From Centroscyllium fabricii (lineage: Eukaryota): DNA of 64,000 bases. Shown here in pieces: positions 35,360-48,545 of this stretch. How positions within the stretch are numbered: the first letter of the stretch is position 1; each line of letters starts with the position of its first letter. A program made the position numbers and the translations under genes. The stretch is from positions 37,758,001-37,822,000 of the forward strand of contig JBNRSN020000011.1 of NCBI GenBank assembly GCA_051313645.2, given 5' to 3'. The notes under the pieces are model-generated. The model did no database searches. It saw only the letters and a list, made by a program, of their open reading frames with translations, and was not told the DNA's origin.

Positions 35360-36590
35360 ATAGAAACCGGAGTAAGCCATTCAGCCCCTCGGGCCTGCTC
35401 CGTCATTCAGTGAAATCACAGCTGATCGGCACCTCAATGCCATTTGCCCGTCTTTGCTCCATATCCCTTGATGCCCTTACTCAACAAAAATCTACCTCCG
35501 TCTTTTAAGCAGCAATTGTTCCAGCATCTGCAGCCATTTGGGGGAGAGAGTTCCTTACATCGGATATACGGCACAGAAACAGGCCATTCGGCCCAACCAG
35601 TCCACGCTGGTGTTTATGCTCCACTCGAGCCTCCTCCAGTCTTTCCTCATCTAAATCTATCAGCATAACCCTCTATTCCCTTCTCCCTCCTATGCTTGTC
35701 TAGTCTCCCCTTAAATGTAGCTATACTATTCACTTCAACCACTCCCTGTGGTGCCGAGTTCTACATTCTCACCACTCTTTGGGTAAAGAAGCTTCTTCTG
35801 AGTTCCCTGTTGGATTTCTTGGTGAATATCTTATATAGATGGCCTCTAGTTATGCTCTTCCCCATAAGTAGAATGTATCCACTCTATCAAAACCTTTCAT
35901 AATTTTAAAGACCTCTATTAGGTCACCCCTCAGCCTTTTTCAAGATAAAAGAGACCCAGCCTGCCCATCTTTTCCTGATAGGTATACCCTCACATTTCTG
36001 GTATCATCCTTGTAAATCTTCTCTGCATCCACTCCAGTGTCTCTATATCCCTTTTATAATATGGCAACCAGAACTGTACGCAGTACTCCAAGTGTGGTCT
36101 AACCAAGGTTCAGTACAGGTTTAGCAGAACTTCCCTACTTTTCAATTCTATCCCTCCTAATGCATGGATTGCTTAACATGTGTCACAACTTTGTGATTTG
36201 TGTATTTGTATTTTGACATCCCTTTGTTCCTCTGCCCGACCTAGACTCACACCTTCCAAATAATATGTGACCTCCGTATTCTTCCTACCAAAATGTAATA
36301 CCTCACATTTATCTGTGTTGAACTTCATTTACCAATTATATGCCCATTCTGCAACTTTATTAATGTCCTCCTGTAATTTGTTGCAGTCCTCCTCAGTATT
36401 GACTACCTCCGCCATATGGTGTCATCTGCAAATTTAGAAGTTGTGTTTTTGATTCCAAAGTCCAAATAGTTATTGTAAAATGTGAACAGCAGTGGTCCCA
36501 GCACTGATCCTTGTGGAACACCGCGACCCACATTCTGCCACTGTGAATAGCTACCATTTACCCCAGCTCTCTGCTTTCTGTCTTGAAGCC
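35360..36590 (-). mobile_element. Two adjacent CR1-type LINE 3' pieces (tail 35360-35555; RT-to-tail 35557-36590)
   Basis: Minus-strand GVPQGSVLGPLLF...SKFADD (ORF 36403-36750) and typical 3' UTRs. Confidence 0.85.
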
Positions 36591-36611
36591 TTGTGGTTGG
36601 GGGGGTGGGGG

Positions 36612-36706
36612 CCCTTGGGCCCTTCGAGCCTGCTCCGCCACTTTTGATGAGATCATGGCTGATCATCCAAACCCAGCACCCCACTCCTACCTTCTCCCCA
36701 TATCCC
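36612..36706 (-). mobile_element. Isolated SINE/LINE 3' tail
   Basis: GGCCCTTCGAGCCTGCTCCGCCA...GAGATCATGGCTGATCATCCAAACCCAGCACCC. Confidence 0.7.
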
Positions 36707-37040
36707 AGTTGTCTACTTTTAAATAGTTCAGATTGCAACCTTTGGCTCACGTGGGAAGCAAAACTGTGTTCAGCACAGTATGAATTTTCCAGTTATGTGT
36801 CCCTGGTATCCATTGACTGGGATGGAATAACACAAATGCTGTGCATAAGTTCATGCTAGTCACTTCGAAGTCTGCCTGCACAGGGGCAAGGTCTGTAGAA
36901 AGGGATTCTTGACTCTTGTATCCTTTTCACTGGCTTATTGTTTATTTGAAAGCTTTTCCAACAACGAGTTCTAGTTGTTCGATTTCTATGTATAAGGTCC
37001 TTAACTTCTCTCTTCTCTTTCTCTCTCTCACACACACAAG

Positions 37041-37522
37041 CACAGAAACTAGGAGCAGGAGTAGGCCATTTGGCCCTTCGAGCCTGCTCCGCCATTTTTG
37101 ATGAGATCATGGCTGATCATCCAAACCCAGCACCCCCCTCCTACCTTCTCCCCATATCCCCCGACACCCCCAACTCTAAGAACTATATCTCACATGCATA
37201 CTCATGGGCAATTTTTAGTATCTCCAATTCACCTAACCTGCATGTCTTTGGGTGGTGGGAGAAAACCGGAGTACCCGGAGAAAACCCACACGAACATGGA
37301 GAGAACATGCAATCACCTGACGAAGGGGCAAAAGCTCCGAAAGCTTGTGATTTAAAATAAAACGTTGGACTTTAAACCTGGTGTTGTGTGACTTTTTGCA
37401 TTTGTCCATCCCAGTCCAACACCGGCACCTCCGCATTATGGCAGAGGTCCCAGGCCAAGCAGGATTCGAACCCAGGAGCTCCTTATTGTGAGGCAGCAGT
37501 GCTAACCACTGCGTCACCGTGT
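37041..37522 (-). mobile_element. tRNA-derived V-SINE (variant) interrupted by a Penelope tail
   Basis: Head CACGGTGACGCAGTGGTTAGCACTGCTGCC / GGGTTCGAATCC on the minus strand, V core, CR1 tail. Confidence 0.8.
37312..37439 (+). mobile_element. Solo Penelope 3' terminus beginning at an intact hammerhead motif (37313-37350)
   Basis: TCACCTGACGAAGGGGCAAAAGCTCCGAAAGCTTGTGA...CCCAGTCCAACACCGGCACCTCC; same family as 18505-18639. Confidence 0.85.
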
Positions 37523-39494
37523 CGTGTACACACACACACAGAATTATTTGTTGCATATCCAATTCATGAAATGTGAAACAGATGTCAAAGTATCGGAGTA
37601 AAGTATGCCTGCAGCAGCAGTCACCCATACAGACTTGCACCATCCAGCCTAAGAGCATAAACTATAATTAAGAGGTAACATGCAAACTCTTTTTACATTA
37701 GAGCTGGGTTTTTGGTTTTGTCATGTAATTTTTAGCTTAATATTTATCCTGTTTACATTTCCCTAAAAGCATCAAGCAAGTTTCCCTGAATGAGGCAGGA
37801 ATTTCTGCTTCAGCTGTGCTTTTAGCTAAAACCATTATCACTGTTGCTTTCTATAAGGTACAACAAGGGAAGCTTTAGAATTGGCTATGTCCCGACACGT
37901 TAGTTAGTGGAAGCGCGCCATTGTTGTGCCTGATGCTCAAATGGCAGGAAAACACAACAAACTGGTGCATTAGATGCAGTTGGATTCAGCTGTCGCTGTG
38001 AAGTACAGTTGATTGGAAACTTGATCAACATGTGGGAGACCTCATCTTCCCAGCACTTGGAGTGAAACACATCTCCTGCCGAGGTCAGGGGAGGGGAGGG
38101 GGGAGGCTGAGAGAGATTGATTGTTGGACATGAAACTTGATCTATTTTCCACAATCCAGCTGTGACTTTCTCCTTTTCCTTTTAGTGCTCACTTTTTTAA
38201 GAATTTGTTTTCAAGATCAATTGAAACTAGACTAGAATTGTACAGTAATTGTCTTGGTGTGGTAGTGCATTTTTTGTGGTCTGAAGATTAGGCTTTTTGC
38301 TTGTGGCTGTTTTTTTTTAAAAACCTTTTTTTTAAATGGTTTGAAGTTGCACTTAATTAATTGAAATATGCTCTGAAAACGTTACTTTCTGTCTTTTGGA
38401 ATAGGTCTTGAAATACATTTCTCGTGGTTATAGGCTATTCATGGTTCTGGCAGCATTGAGAACCAGACAGCAAAAGCCTGATAAAGTTCAGAGGTTTGTG
38501 CTTTATATCAAAGTTCGAGCCAGGCTGCCCAAGGAGGGGTAACATTTTGCCTCCCCCCCCCCCCCCCCCCCCCCGCCAATCCCCAAAGACAATTTTGATT
38601 CCAGCTGGGCACTTTCTGGCATGAAGAACACAGAATTTAATATGGGAATGCTTGCTGCCATTTGAGCTGTTGGGAGTCTGAAGTTCTTTGATGTCATATG
38701 TTCAGTCTCTGATCCCTCTGTGCACTCTGCAATATCATTATGTATAGAACCAAACTGAATAGTCACTCAGCCAGCTTATGGTAGAAACCTTGCATAACAC
38801 TGCCTGTGGAGTACAAACTGAGGTTTGCTTTTTTTGCGATCTCTTTATATTTTCTGTCAGCTCAGCAAATGCTTTACAATTCAACTTCGCTTCAAGCCAA
38901 GTCAAACTTGCTTTCAAGAGTAATTAGATTTTCTAAAAACAATATTGTTGGGAAATGTGAAGACTATGATGATGTAGCGGAGAGTTCAGACATGATTGAA
39001 GCCAGACTGATCAGCTTCCTGTTGCGTGCTGTGGCCCGAGGCAGCAGAACAGAACTCGCTGCACTTAATCCCACAATGCCTTGCTGTGGAAACTCGCTGG
39101 ACTGAGTTGGAAGCAGTTTTCTGCCAAAGAGCTTCCCGGACCTTCTGGTGACTGGATTGAAGTAAAAATTGTAAACTGGTGGGTGGGCAGCCAAAGAATT
39201 TAAGTCTGAATGTTTGTTTACTTGGGATTATAGTTTGATATAGTTGCGGTGTATCCAAAAAAAAACTTGGCAAGTTTCAAATTTGTGCTTTTACATTAAT
39301 CTAGCTGCCAGTACGTTTTGCTTTATAATTAGTACTTCCTACAATTCTGGATTTGTGCACCAACAAACCTGAGAGCCACGCACTCAGTTGAATTTACAAA
39401 CTTTGTTTTTTTTTTAAATGCAGCCTAATAGTTGATTGAAAAAAGTTTGCTCTTAAAGAATTTGTTTCAAGTATTACGGGAATTGCTGAAGCCA

Positions 39495-40060
39495 GTGGCT
39501 CAGTCCCACTCCAGAGACTTGCGCACATAGATCTAGGCTGACACTCCTGTGCCGTGCTGAGGAAGTGCTGCACTGTCTGAGCTGCCATCTTTCGGATGAG
39601 ATGTTAAACCGAAGCCTCACAACATTCAAGAAGCATTTGGATGAGCACTTGAAGTGCCATAAGCATACAAGGCTATGGACCAAATGCAGGAAAATGGGAT
39701 TAGAGTAGACCGGGCTCAATGGCCAGCATAGACGCAATGGGCCAAAGGGCCTCTTTCTGTGCTGTGAAACTCTGACTCCATGAAGCCCCATCTGCTCTCT
39801 CAAGTGGACGTAAAAGATCCCATGGCACTGTTTCGAAAAAGAGCAGGGGAGTTATCCCCGGTGTCCTGGCCAATATTTATCCCGTAATTAACATTACAAA
39901 AACAGATTATCTGGTCATTATCACATTGCTGTTTGTGGGAGCTTGCTGAGCACAAATTAGCTACCACGTTTCCTACATACAACAGTGACTACACTTCAAA
40001 AGTACTTAACTGGCTGTAAAGCGCTTTGGGACGTCCGGCGGTCATGAAAGGCGCTATAGT
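39495..40060 (+). mobile_element. DeuSINE (SacSINE1/AmnSINE1-related) interrupted by a CR1 tail (39620-39781)
   Basis: Deu-domain-like GCCATCTTTCGGATGAGATGTTAAACCG...AAAGATCCCATGGCAC...CCCCGGTGTCCTGGCCAA; insert flanked by GAAGCC(T/C)CA. Family name recalled, not searched. Confidence 0.75.
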
Positions 40061-41399
40061 CTTGCTTGCTTTGTGTCATTTTCTGAGAGTCCAGTTATGT
40101 CAAAAATCCTGCGTGTTCTTAAGATGATATTGTCCTGTGTTCTGCCTGTGGGGATTCTTGTTAAAGTGGATTGCTGAAACAGGCATGAAACAGAATGGTG
40201 GTAACACACCCGACGGGCCAGGGAGCATCTGTGGCGTGAACATACAAGTTCATGTCTTGGGTTACGGACCCAGCTTCACAGATGCTGACTGCTCCGCTCT
40301 GTTTGCAGCATTATCTAAACACATGAGCTTACCACACACGCGGCTGCACAAACATATTAGTAGAGGAAAAAGGGTCTGTGGATGACATTGCCATCAGCAC
40401 ACCAGAATTGCAAAGGCACTGGGAATTCACATTTTTGTAAAGGAGGGTGGGGTAGGACATTTGTTTGTGTGCTGTGGAATGAATAACAGCTGGGCGTTAA
40501 GTGGTTCACTTTTAAACCTGGAATAAAGATTGCATGATCCTGCATTTCAGATGGGCCTGAGTGGTGAAATAGTTTAAACAGAAACTGAGACTGATTGCAA
40601 GTGCAACATGAAATACAAGACTGATTACTCCAGAGTAAAAGTACAAGTTACAGGAATGAACATGTGCATGATTATTGGCAAGCGATCTGTGGTTAATTTG
40701 GTGGTGCACAGAGGCTATTGACTGAGGGAAGAGGTGTGATTTGGCTAAAGTTGATGTTTGCAGAAGGCTAGCAGCTCTGCAATGCACATAACACAGTAAT
40801 ATCTGATTTAATAAACAGAATAGAGCTTGTAGTACCAGTGCTCCTTCCCTTTTGTGTTTAAAAAAAAAAAAAAAAAAAAACCCACAAAAGTAAAAATAGA
40901 TTTGAAGTAAAGCACAAATTTTGATATTCTTTTTTGTCTTTCTGTTGATTGCTGACATTGAGGAACTGGCCAGGAGTTGTCGGTGGGCATGATTGTGTGG
41001 GAACTGAACTAACACGGAGAGTTAAATTCGATACATCCCAGGTTAATGGCTAGCTGACTCCAGTGATCATTCCATTCCCACATTATCAGCTGCAGTAACC
41101 TCACCAGACCAATTCTCTCGATCACTGTTCAATGAAAAACAATTGAATGAAATAAAAGGATTCGGAAAATGATTGTAATTCTTTGTAAAGTTGATGTATT
41201 TTTTAATTAAATCTCCCCTTCCTGGGTACGGTTCCACAGCCAGCTACCCTGAGCTCCGGTACCTCATTCCATGTGGTGATGTTTTATGTGCGAGCCTGGA
41301 TAGAGCATCAGCAGGCCATTTGACCCGGAGGAGGGAGCAGGATCATTCCAGCAGGCCCAGTCCTGTTCTATGCCCAATGTAAATGCATATTTTCAGAGG

Positions 41400-41880
41400 G
41401 AATTCCATGGCCTCGCCTCTCCCTATCTCTGAAACCTCCTCCAGCCCTACAAGCCTTCGAGATCTCTGTGCTCCTCCAATTCTGGTCTCCTACGCATCCC
41501 TGATTTCACTTGCTCCACCATTGTCAGCCGTGCCTTCAGCTGCCTTGGGGCTTAAGCTCTGGAATTCCCTCCCTTAAACCTTTCTACCTCGCTTTCCTCC
41601 TCCTTAAGATGCTCCTTTAAAACCTACCTCTTTGACCAAGCTTTTGGTCATCTGTGCTGATATTTCCTTTTGTGGCTCGGTGTCTAACATGTTTTGATTA
41701 ATATCACTCTCATCAAGCGCCTTGGGACGATTTGCATTGCTAAAGGTGCTATATAAATGCAAGTTGTTGGATTGCAATCATAACTAGCTAGCCCTCGCTG
41801 CTCTTTTGTCTGACACTCCTGTGATGTGCCTTGGAATGTTTTTACTGTGTTAAAGATGCTATATAAATGCAAGTTGTTAG
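41400..41880 (+). mobile_element. L2-type LINE 3' remnants (two tails)
   Basis: CTCTGGAATTCCCTCCC...AAAACCTACCTCTTTGACCAAGCTTTTGGTCA...TGCTATATAAATGCAAGTTGTTG; the tail motif occurs twice. Confidence 0.75.
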
Positions 41881-41923
41881 TGCTGTATTGTGTTGACCTG
41901 TTGAGTTTTTTTGCACCCTGTAG

Positions 41924-42132
41924 GTGGAAAGAGACCAAGTACCTCCAGGTCACACCATCAGTCAGTTTGAAACATGTAAAATCCGGACAATTAAGGCCGG
42001 GACCTTGGAAAAACTGGTAGAAAATTTGTTGACGGCTTTCGGAGACAATGATTTTACTTACATCAGCATATTTCTGTCAACATACAGAGCATTTGCTTCT
42101 ACAGGACACGTATTGGAGTTGCTGCTAGACAG
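41924..42132 (+). CDS. RGL1: RGL1 exon 3 (REM / RasGEF_N domain)
   Basis: TAG|VERDQVPPGHTISQFETCKIRTIKAGTLEKLVENLLTAFGDNDFTYISIFLSTYRAFASTGHVLELLLDR|GTGAGT; 209 nt, phase 0/2. Confidence 0.97.
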
Positions 42133-42540
42133 GTGAGTGCAAATAACTGGTATCTCTTTATTTAATGGCAGTGGAGTAACGGATTGCTCAGTCAAGTTAT
42201 TTTTATGTCATTAATCCAACAGTCTGTATATGAGCTACTCAAGCTCACCTACTGGAAATATCGGAGTTCACTGGTCAGGGGCTAGGATTCGCAGCCAGTT
42301 CTCCACCAGGGATGGTGGTGCTTCACTGCTGGAGACGCCACCCTAGCTCTAACTCTACTGTTACAATACCACCTAAACTCTCTTTACTCTCCATTCTACT
42401 CTCTTTTTAGTGAAATACAATGCAGTCCTTTCCTTTCTGCTGCAGCAATCATTGGTACATTCCTGGCTGTAGACTCACTTGGGCAGAAGTGATTTAAAGG
42501 CGAGCTGATAGATTGTGCCCACTATGCTTGATATGCTTGA

Positions 42541-42955
42541 GGGCGGCACGGTGGCATAGTGGTCAGCACTGTTGCCTTACAGCACTAGAGACCCGGGTTC
42601 AAATCCAGCCTCGGGTACTATCTGTGTGGAGTTTGCACATTCTCCCCCTGTCTGCGTGGGTTTTCTCCGGGTGCTCCGGTTTCCTCCCACAGTCCAAAGA
42701 TGTGCGGGTTAGGTTGATTGGCCAGGATAAATTGACCCCTAGTGTTAGGGGGATTGAATATGTGGGGTTACGGGGATAGGGTGGGATATGTGTCGATGCA
42801 GGCTCGATAGGGATCGAGGGATATGGGGACAGGGCAGGGGCGGGGTACTGGGTTTGGATGATCAGCCATGATCTCATTGAATGGCGGAGCAGGCTCGAAG
42901 GGCCGAATGGCCAACTCCTGCTCCTATCTTCTATGTTTCTATTATGTTTCTATGT
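42541..42955 (+). mobile_element. HE1-like V-SINE (long tail)
   Basis: Near-identical to the other copies. Confidence 0.93.
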
Positions 42956-43430
42956 GAGAGTGGTTATAATTGGCCTTTGCATCTACCGACTGACATTTTT
43001 ATCAGATTTCGCTAGCAGTGCGTGACTATTCTAGTGTTCAATACAGAAAAAATCTCATATTGGTCTATAATTCACTTTTATACTTTTTTTTTTAAAAGGA
43101 GAACATTTGTGACTGTTTTTGGTGCCATCATTTCCTCCTCCGTTTCCGACAGGAAATATCTTCTGTTGCACAACCTTCCTGCAGCCTCGTGAGTGCAGTG
43201 ATTTGGGTTGTGCATGGCCCTAGGACTCCTCTTGATACAACCTACTGGCGAGCCACAGGATGTTATCTTTTGCAGCGAGGCATTCCAGTTGCTGCCAGTC
43301 CCCTTAAATTTATTCCCCCTCTTCCCCACCCACCCCCCTCCCCTCCCCGCCTGAAAAAATGAAGGCTCTCCGCATGGTAAGGCACTCCCTCTAGTGGTTT
43401 GGGATAGAACTGAATCGCACGCAACCTTGG

Positions 43431-43475
43431 AGCACTGCAATGTGATGTCTCAGCACTGCAATGTGATGTCTCAGC
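43431..43475. repeat. 21-bp tandem duplication AGCACTGCAATGTGATGTCTC
   Basis: Two perfect copies directly next to a SINE tail. Confidence 0.9.
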
Positions 43476-43477
43476 TG

Positions 43478-43790
43478 GAATCATAGAATCATAGAATCCC
43501 TATAGTGCAGATCGAGGCCATTTCGGCCCATCGAGCCTGCACCGACACATATCCCACCCTATCCCCACATATTTAATCCCCCTAACACTAAGGGTCAATT
43601 TATCCTGGCCAATCAACCCAACCCGCACATCTTTGGACTGTGGGAGGAAACCGGAGCACCCGGAGGAAACCCACGCAGACACGGGGAGAATGTGCAAACT
43701 CCACACAGATAGTCACCCGAGGCTGGATTTGAACCCGGGTCTCTAGTGCTGTAAGGCAACAGTGCTAACCACTGAGCCACCGTGCCGCCC
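43478..43790 (-). mobile_element. HE1-like V-SINE (short-tail type, ATTCTATG repeats)
   Basis: Same head and core as the other copies but ends GGCCGAAATGGCCTCGATCTGCACTATAGGGATTCTATGATTCTATG. Confidence 0.9.
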
Positions 43791-44569
43791 GCTACTAAGG
43801 CTAGAAACCCTTTTGGCGCCCGTGCTAAATTTCTCGCACCACTGCAATGCAAACTTGCATTTTATTCTATTTGCTATTCTGTGGCAATCTCTTGTTATCG
43901 ACTATTTTGCTTAATTTTTCACAATTTCTGAATGATCTTGTCCCCATGCCAATGAAACGCTGAGTGTAAATCGTACAAAGTTTGAAATGTGCAGTGAATG
44001 ATCCTGAAGGATAGCCAGGCACCTGTATTAAAGTTTAACCCGATGATTGTGGCTTTCTTTGTGAGGCTTTTGTATGTTTGTTTGTTAATTGGAGCTACAC
44101 TGCAGCGAATTGTACCTGTGATGTGTAAATGTCTGAGGGAGAAAGCTACTTTCAATAATAGAAGGATTTAAAACGGGCTTAATGAGAATCAAAGTTTGTA
44201 AACTGAGCACAAAGAAAGAAGCTTTTTATGAGAAATCTGTTGACCAGATGTTGGATAAATAAATATCTGCTTGTAACTCTGAAATATGGAAGATTCCACA
44301 AACAATTCTGCCAGAGTTAAAATACTTTTTAAACTCAGTGATAAGACTTTGGTTTCTCCTTCTCCTTTTCCACCCCTCAACATTCTTTGCATTTCTGCGC
44401 TCTAGATGTTGGCAGGATTGTTTGCCAGTTTATGTACTTCAAGAATGATTAATTGAGGTCTGGAGAATTTGCACCAATACTGAGCTGATAACCTTCAATG
44501 ATGGGCTCGGGCTCTGGAGCAGTGAACTCTATTCAGTGTTTACCAAACTTTGTACAATTGTAAAATTTA

Positions 44570-44832
44570 AGATAATTGTCAAAAGAACCAAAAGGGAGAT
44601 GGAGTCTTTTTTATGCAGCGACTTATGATGATTTGGAATGTGCTGCCTGAAAGAGCGGTGGAAGCAGATTCAGGAGTAACTTTCAAAAGAGAATTGGATA
44701 AATACTTGAAATGGAAACTACAGGGCCAAGGGAAAACAGCAGGGCAGACTAATTGGATAGCAGTTTCAAAGAGCCGGCACAGGTATGGTGGGCCATTGGC
44801 CTCATCCTGTACTGCAAGATGCTATGATTCTA
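44570..44832 (+). mobile_element. CR1-type LINE 3' remnant
   Basis: QRLMMIWNVLPERAVEADSGVTFKRELDKYL followed by a CTATGATTCTA tail. Confidence 0.75.
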
Positions 44833-45156
44833 AAATTGAAAATGATGTAACCATAAATAAAATGGACACACCAGTTGTCTTTCTCTGCAAAAGCTTCCCA
44901 AACAGTTTTTTCATGGATATTTGTGCAGAGAAGTTGTATACTTACGTAAATACTGTGCGCAATATTAATATTTCAAGAGAGTATGTTGTAAAATACTAAA
45001 TAGGTATTAAAGTGAAGCGCTTTGACAAAACCAGCTAATCAAGGCTTGAAATACCGAACATTGAGTCTTCAGGTTTGCTTTAATGGCTGACAGCCAATTG
45101 TCCAATGCAAGTGCTTGTTTAAAATGGCTTAACTTGTGTTTTATGACCAATTGCAG

Positions 45157-45234
45157 GTACGGAAACTTTGACTGTCCAAACAGTGAGGAAGATGGAAGTC
45201 CAAGTTCTCCAGAAACAAAAGCAGTAATCAGGAA
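45157..45234 (+). CDS. RGL1: RGL1 exon 4
   Basis: CAG|(R)YGNFDCPNSEEDGSPSSPETKAVIR(N)|GTAAGT; 78 nt, phase 2/2. Confidence 0.94.
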
Positions 45235-46152
45235 GTAAGTTTGATCAAATGTGTGACTAAAGTATGCTTCATTCAGAATACAACAATGTGAAAGGAAATT
45301 GCTGGAGAGCCAGCAGTTCCTGTAAGATTATGTAGGAACTTCCTTATGAAGACATCTCATAGCAGCGCACTATTCCATACCATAGCAGTCACATTAACAA
45401 AGGCTGCTTGACTGCCTCTCTCATTTGCATTTTTCCTACAGATTAGAGAGTTTAAAACAGAACTGCATCAAGACACAACATCCAAACTCTTCAATGGAAA
45501 ATTACTTGCCCTTCAATATAAAGGTCTTGTGTTAATCTCTGATTGACATTTCTGGACTGTGCAGCAAGGCTAAAGTATTGAAGAAATAGGTTTCCCTCCT
45601 CGTCCCCGCCTCACTGCAAACTTCCTGTGAAATTTTGAAGAAAACAATCACCATCTCGTGCAGTCATACATCTTGAGCGTGACATGTCCCTGGTATCCTG
45701 TCCTTGGCAACCCTCCCACTCTGTGTTGCTATTGAATGTTTCTCATTGTCTCATCATCTAACTTGGCCACTGGCTCCTGAATTCATGGAGTCAAGTACCT
45801 TGCCCAAGTGGTTATTGTTCATGTTCGCATTGTGATAGTTAAGTGCTTTCAAGGATATTTGACTGTAGACAGCATCACATGCACACCATTCTGAAGACGT
45901 CCTCGGCGATTAATCGGAACCCTGGTTAAGTTTTTGGCCCCCTACCCAGATTGCAGAGGTCATTCTATTGCCCTGGATCAGGTCAGTTAACTGAGACCAG
46001 TGATTAAACCCAGGATTATTCTGGTCTGTACAGCTCTTTGGTTAAACTCCGAGCTATTGGAGGGGAAGGAAAGAGAGCATCAAAATACCTTTTCAAAAAA
46101 GCAGCCCATAATTGAAGCGTAATTTCACATTAACGTCAATGAATTTGGGCAT

Positions 46153-47708
46153 CAAAGGCTATGGGCCCTGACAACATTCCAGCAATAGTACTGAAGACTT
46201 GTGCTCCAGAACTAGCTGCGCCCCTAGCCAAGCTATTCCAGTACAGCTACAACACTGGCATCTACCCGGCAATGTGGAAAATTGCCCAAGTATGTCCTGT
46301 CTACAAAAAGCAGGACAAATCCGACCCGGCCAATTACCGTCCCATCAGTCTACTCTCAATCATCAGCAAAGTGATGGAAGGTGTCGTCGACAGTGCTATC
46401 AAGCGGCACTTACTCAGCAATAACCTGCTAACTGACGCCCAGTTTGGGTTCCGCCAGGGCCACTCAGCTCCTGACCTCATTACAGCCTTGGTCCAAACAT
46501 GGACAAAAGAGCTGAACTCGTGAGGTGAGGTGAGAGTGACTGCCCTTGACATCAAGGCAGCATTTGATCGAGTGTGGCATCAAGAAGCCCTAGCAAAGCT
46601 GAAGTCAATGGTAATCAAGGGGAAAAACTCTCCATTGGTTGGAATCATACCTAGCACAAAGGAAGTTGGCTGTGGTTGTTGGTCATTCATCTCAACCACA
46701 GGACATCACTGCAGGAGTTCCTCAGGGCAGTGTCCTAGGCCCAACCATCTTCAGCTGTTTCATCAATGACCTTCCCTCCATCATAAGGTCAGAAGTAGGG
46801 ATGTTCGCTGATGATTGCACACTGTTCAGCACCATTCGAGACTCGTCAGATACTGATGCAGTCAGTGTCCATATGCAGCAAGACCTGGACAACATTCAGA
46901 CTTGGGCTGACAAGTGGCAAGTAACATTCGCACCACACAAATGCCAGGCAATGACCATCTTCAACAAGCGAGACTCTAACCATCTCCCCTTGACATTCAA
47001 TAGCATTATCATCGCTGAATCCCCCACTATCAACATCTTGGGGGTTACCATTGATCAGAAACTGAACTGGACCAGCCATATAAATACTGTGGCTGCAAGA
47101 GCAGGCCAGAGGCTGGGAATTCTATGGCGAGTGTCTCACCTCCTGACTCCCCAAAGCCTTTCCACCATCTACAAGGCACAATTCAGGAGTGTGATGGAAT
47201 ACTCTCCACTTGCCTGGATGAGTGCAGCTCCAACAGCACTCAAGAAGCTCGACACCATTCAGGATAAAGCAGGCCGCTTGATTAGCACTCCATCCACCAC
47301 CTTCAACATTCACTCCCTCCACCACCGGCGCACTGTGGCTGCAGTGTGTACCATCTACAAGATGCACTGCAGCAACTCGCCAAAGCTCCTTCAACAGCAC
47401 CTTCCAATCCCGCGACCTCTACCAACTAGAAGGACAAGAGCAGCAGACGCATGGGAACAGCACCACCTACAAGTTCCCCTCCAAGCCACACACCATCCTG
47501 ACTTGGACCTGTATCGCTGCTCCTTCACTGTCGCTGGGCCAAAATCCTGGAACTCCCTTCCTAACAACATTGTGGGTGTACCTACACCATATGGACTGCA
47601 GCGGTTCAAGAAGGTGGCTCACCGCCATCTTCTCAAGGGCAATTAGGGATGGGCACTAAATGCAGGCCTAGCCAGCCAGTGATGCCCACATCCCATCAAT
47701 GGATAAAA
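46153..47708 (+). mobile_element. CR1/Jockey-group (Zenon-like) LINE, 5'-truncated, lightly decayed RT
   Basis: GPDNIP, NYRPISLLS, QFGFR, LDIKAAFDRVWH, GVPQGSVLGP, FADD; one stop (~46521) and one frameshift (~46625); 3' UTR GGGCAATTAGGGATGGGCA. Confidence 0.9.
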
Positions 47709-48545
47709 AGATTTTTTTTTCAATCTTGAGAAACACTTGCTGCATTTGGTGCGCTAGATCAGACATTGAGTTGGGAGTTGTGCGCGCTAACTGTTGAATC
47801 AGCAGTGGTCCGTGATGAGCTTTTTGAAGGGACGTGAAGCTGAGGGCGCTGAGTTTGGGGCCCCAGGTTTGTGGTTCTTTCTCTCCCCTACCCCCAAACA
47901 GGCAAATATAAAGATCCAAATATTTTAAAAGTTGGGTTTAACCTAGAATGGTTCTGTTTGGATTCTGAATTTATTTTGCTTGTCAGCCAGAGACTCTAGA
48001 CTAGATCTGTAGCATAATCAACTGGACTAGATTAGGGCTTGGAGAGCAGGAATACACCAATGAGACAGTCTGGAAATAATTGGCTGGGATAATTGACATA
48101 ATTAGATTTTATGAAGATTGGGTTGGAGGGGTCAAATGGCTTTACACAATCATAAAACAAAATTTCCATTTTTGTAATTCTATTGTTGAAGGGTTTTACG
48201 ATGCTTGCTTTTCCCCTCCCCTCTGATTGCTCAGTGAGTTTCACCCAATGAGTTACTGAACTGTAAAAGTTGAAAGTCTCTGGTTCGGATTCCCAGTCTG
48301 TACATGGTTGATTTGAACCAGCGTGAAAGCTGGGCTTCAGCGTCCACAGACAAAGATGGGAAAATTTGGCGCTGGTTCCATTGCTGATTATTGTACAAAA
48401 AGCCACCTCGCCCTACTTGGGGGCCATGTGATCTCCTGGGATAGGCAAAACAAAATGATTTTAAAAAACCCAAGCCAATTAGGGGGTTAGGTGGGCAAAA
48501 CTAATCCAGGAGACCACATTGGCCCTGATTAACATTACAAGGTAC

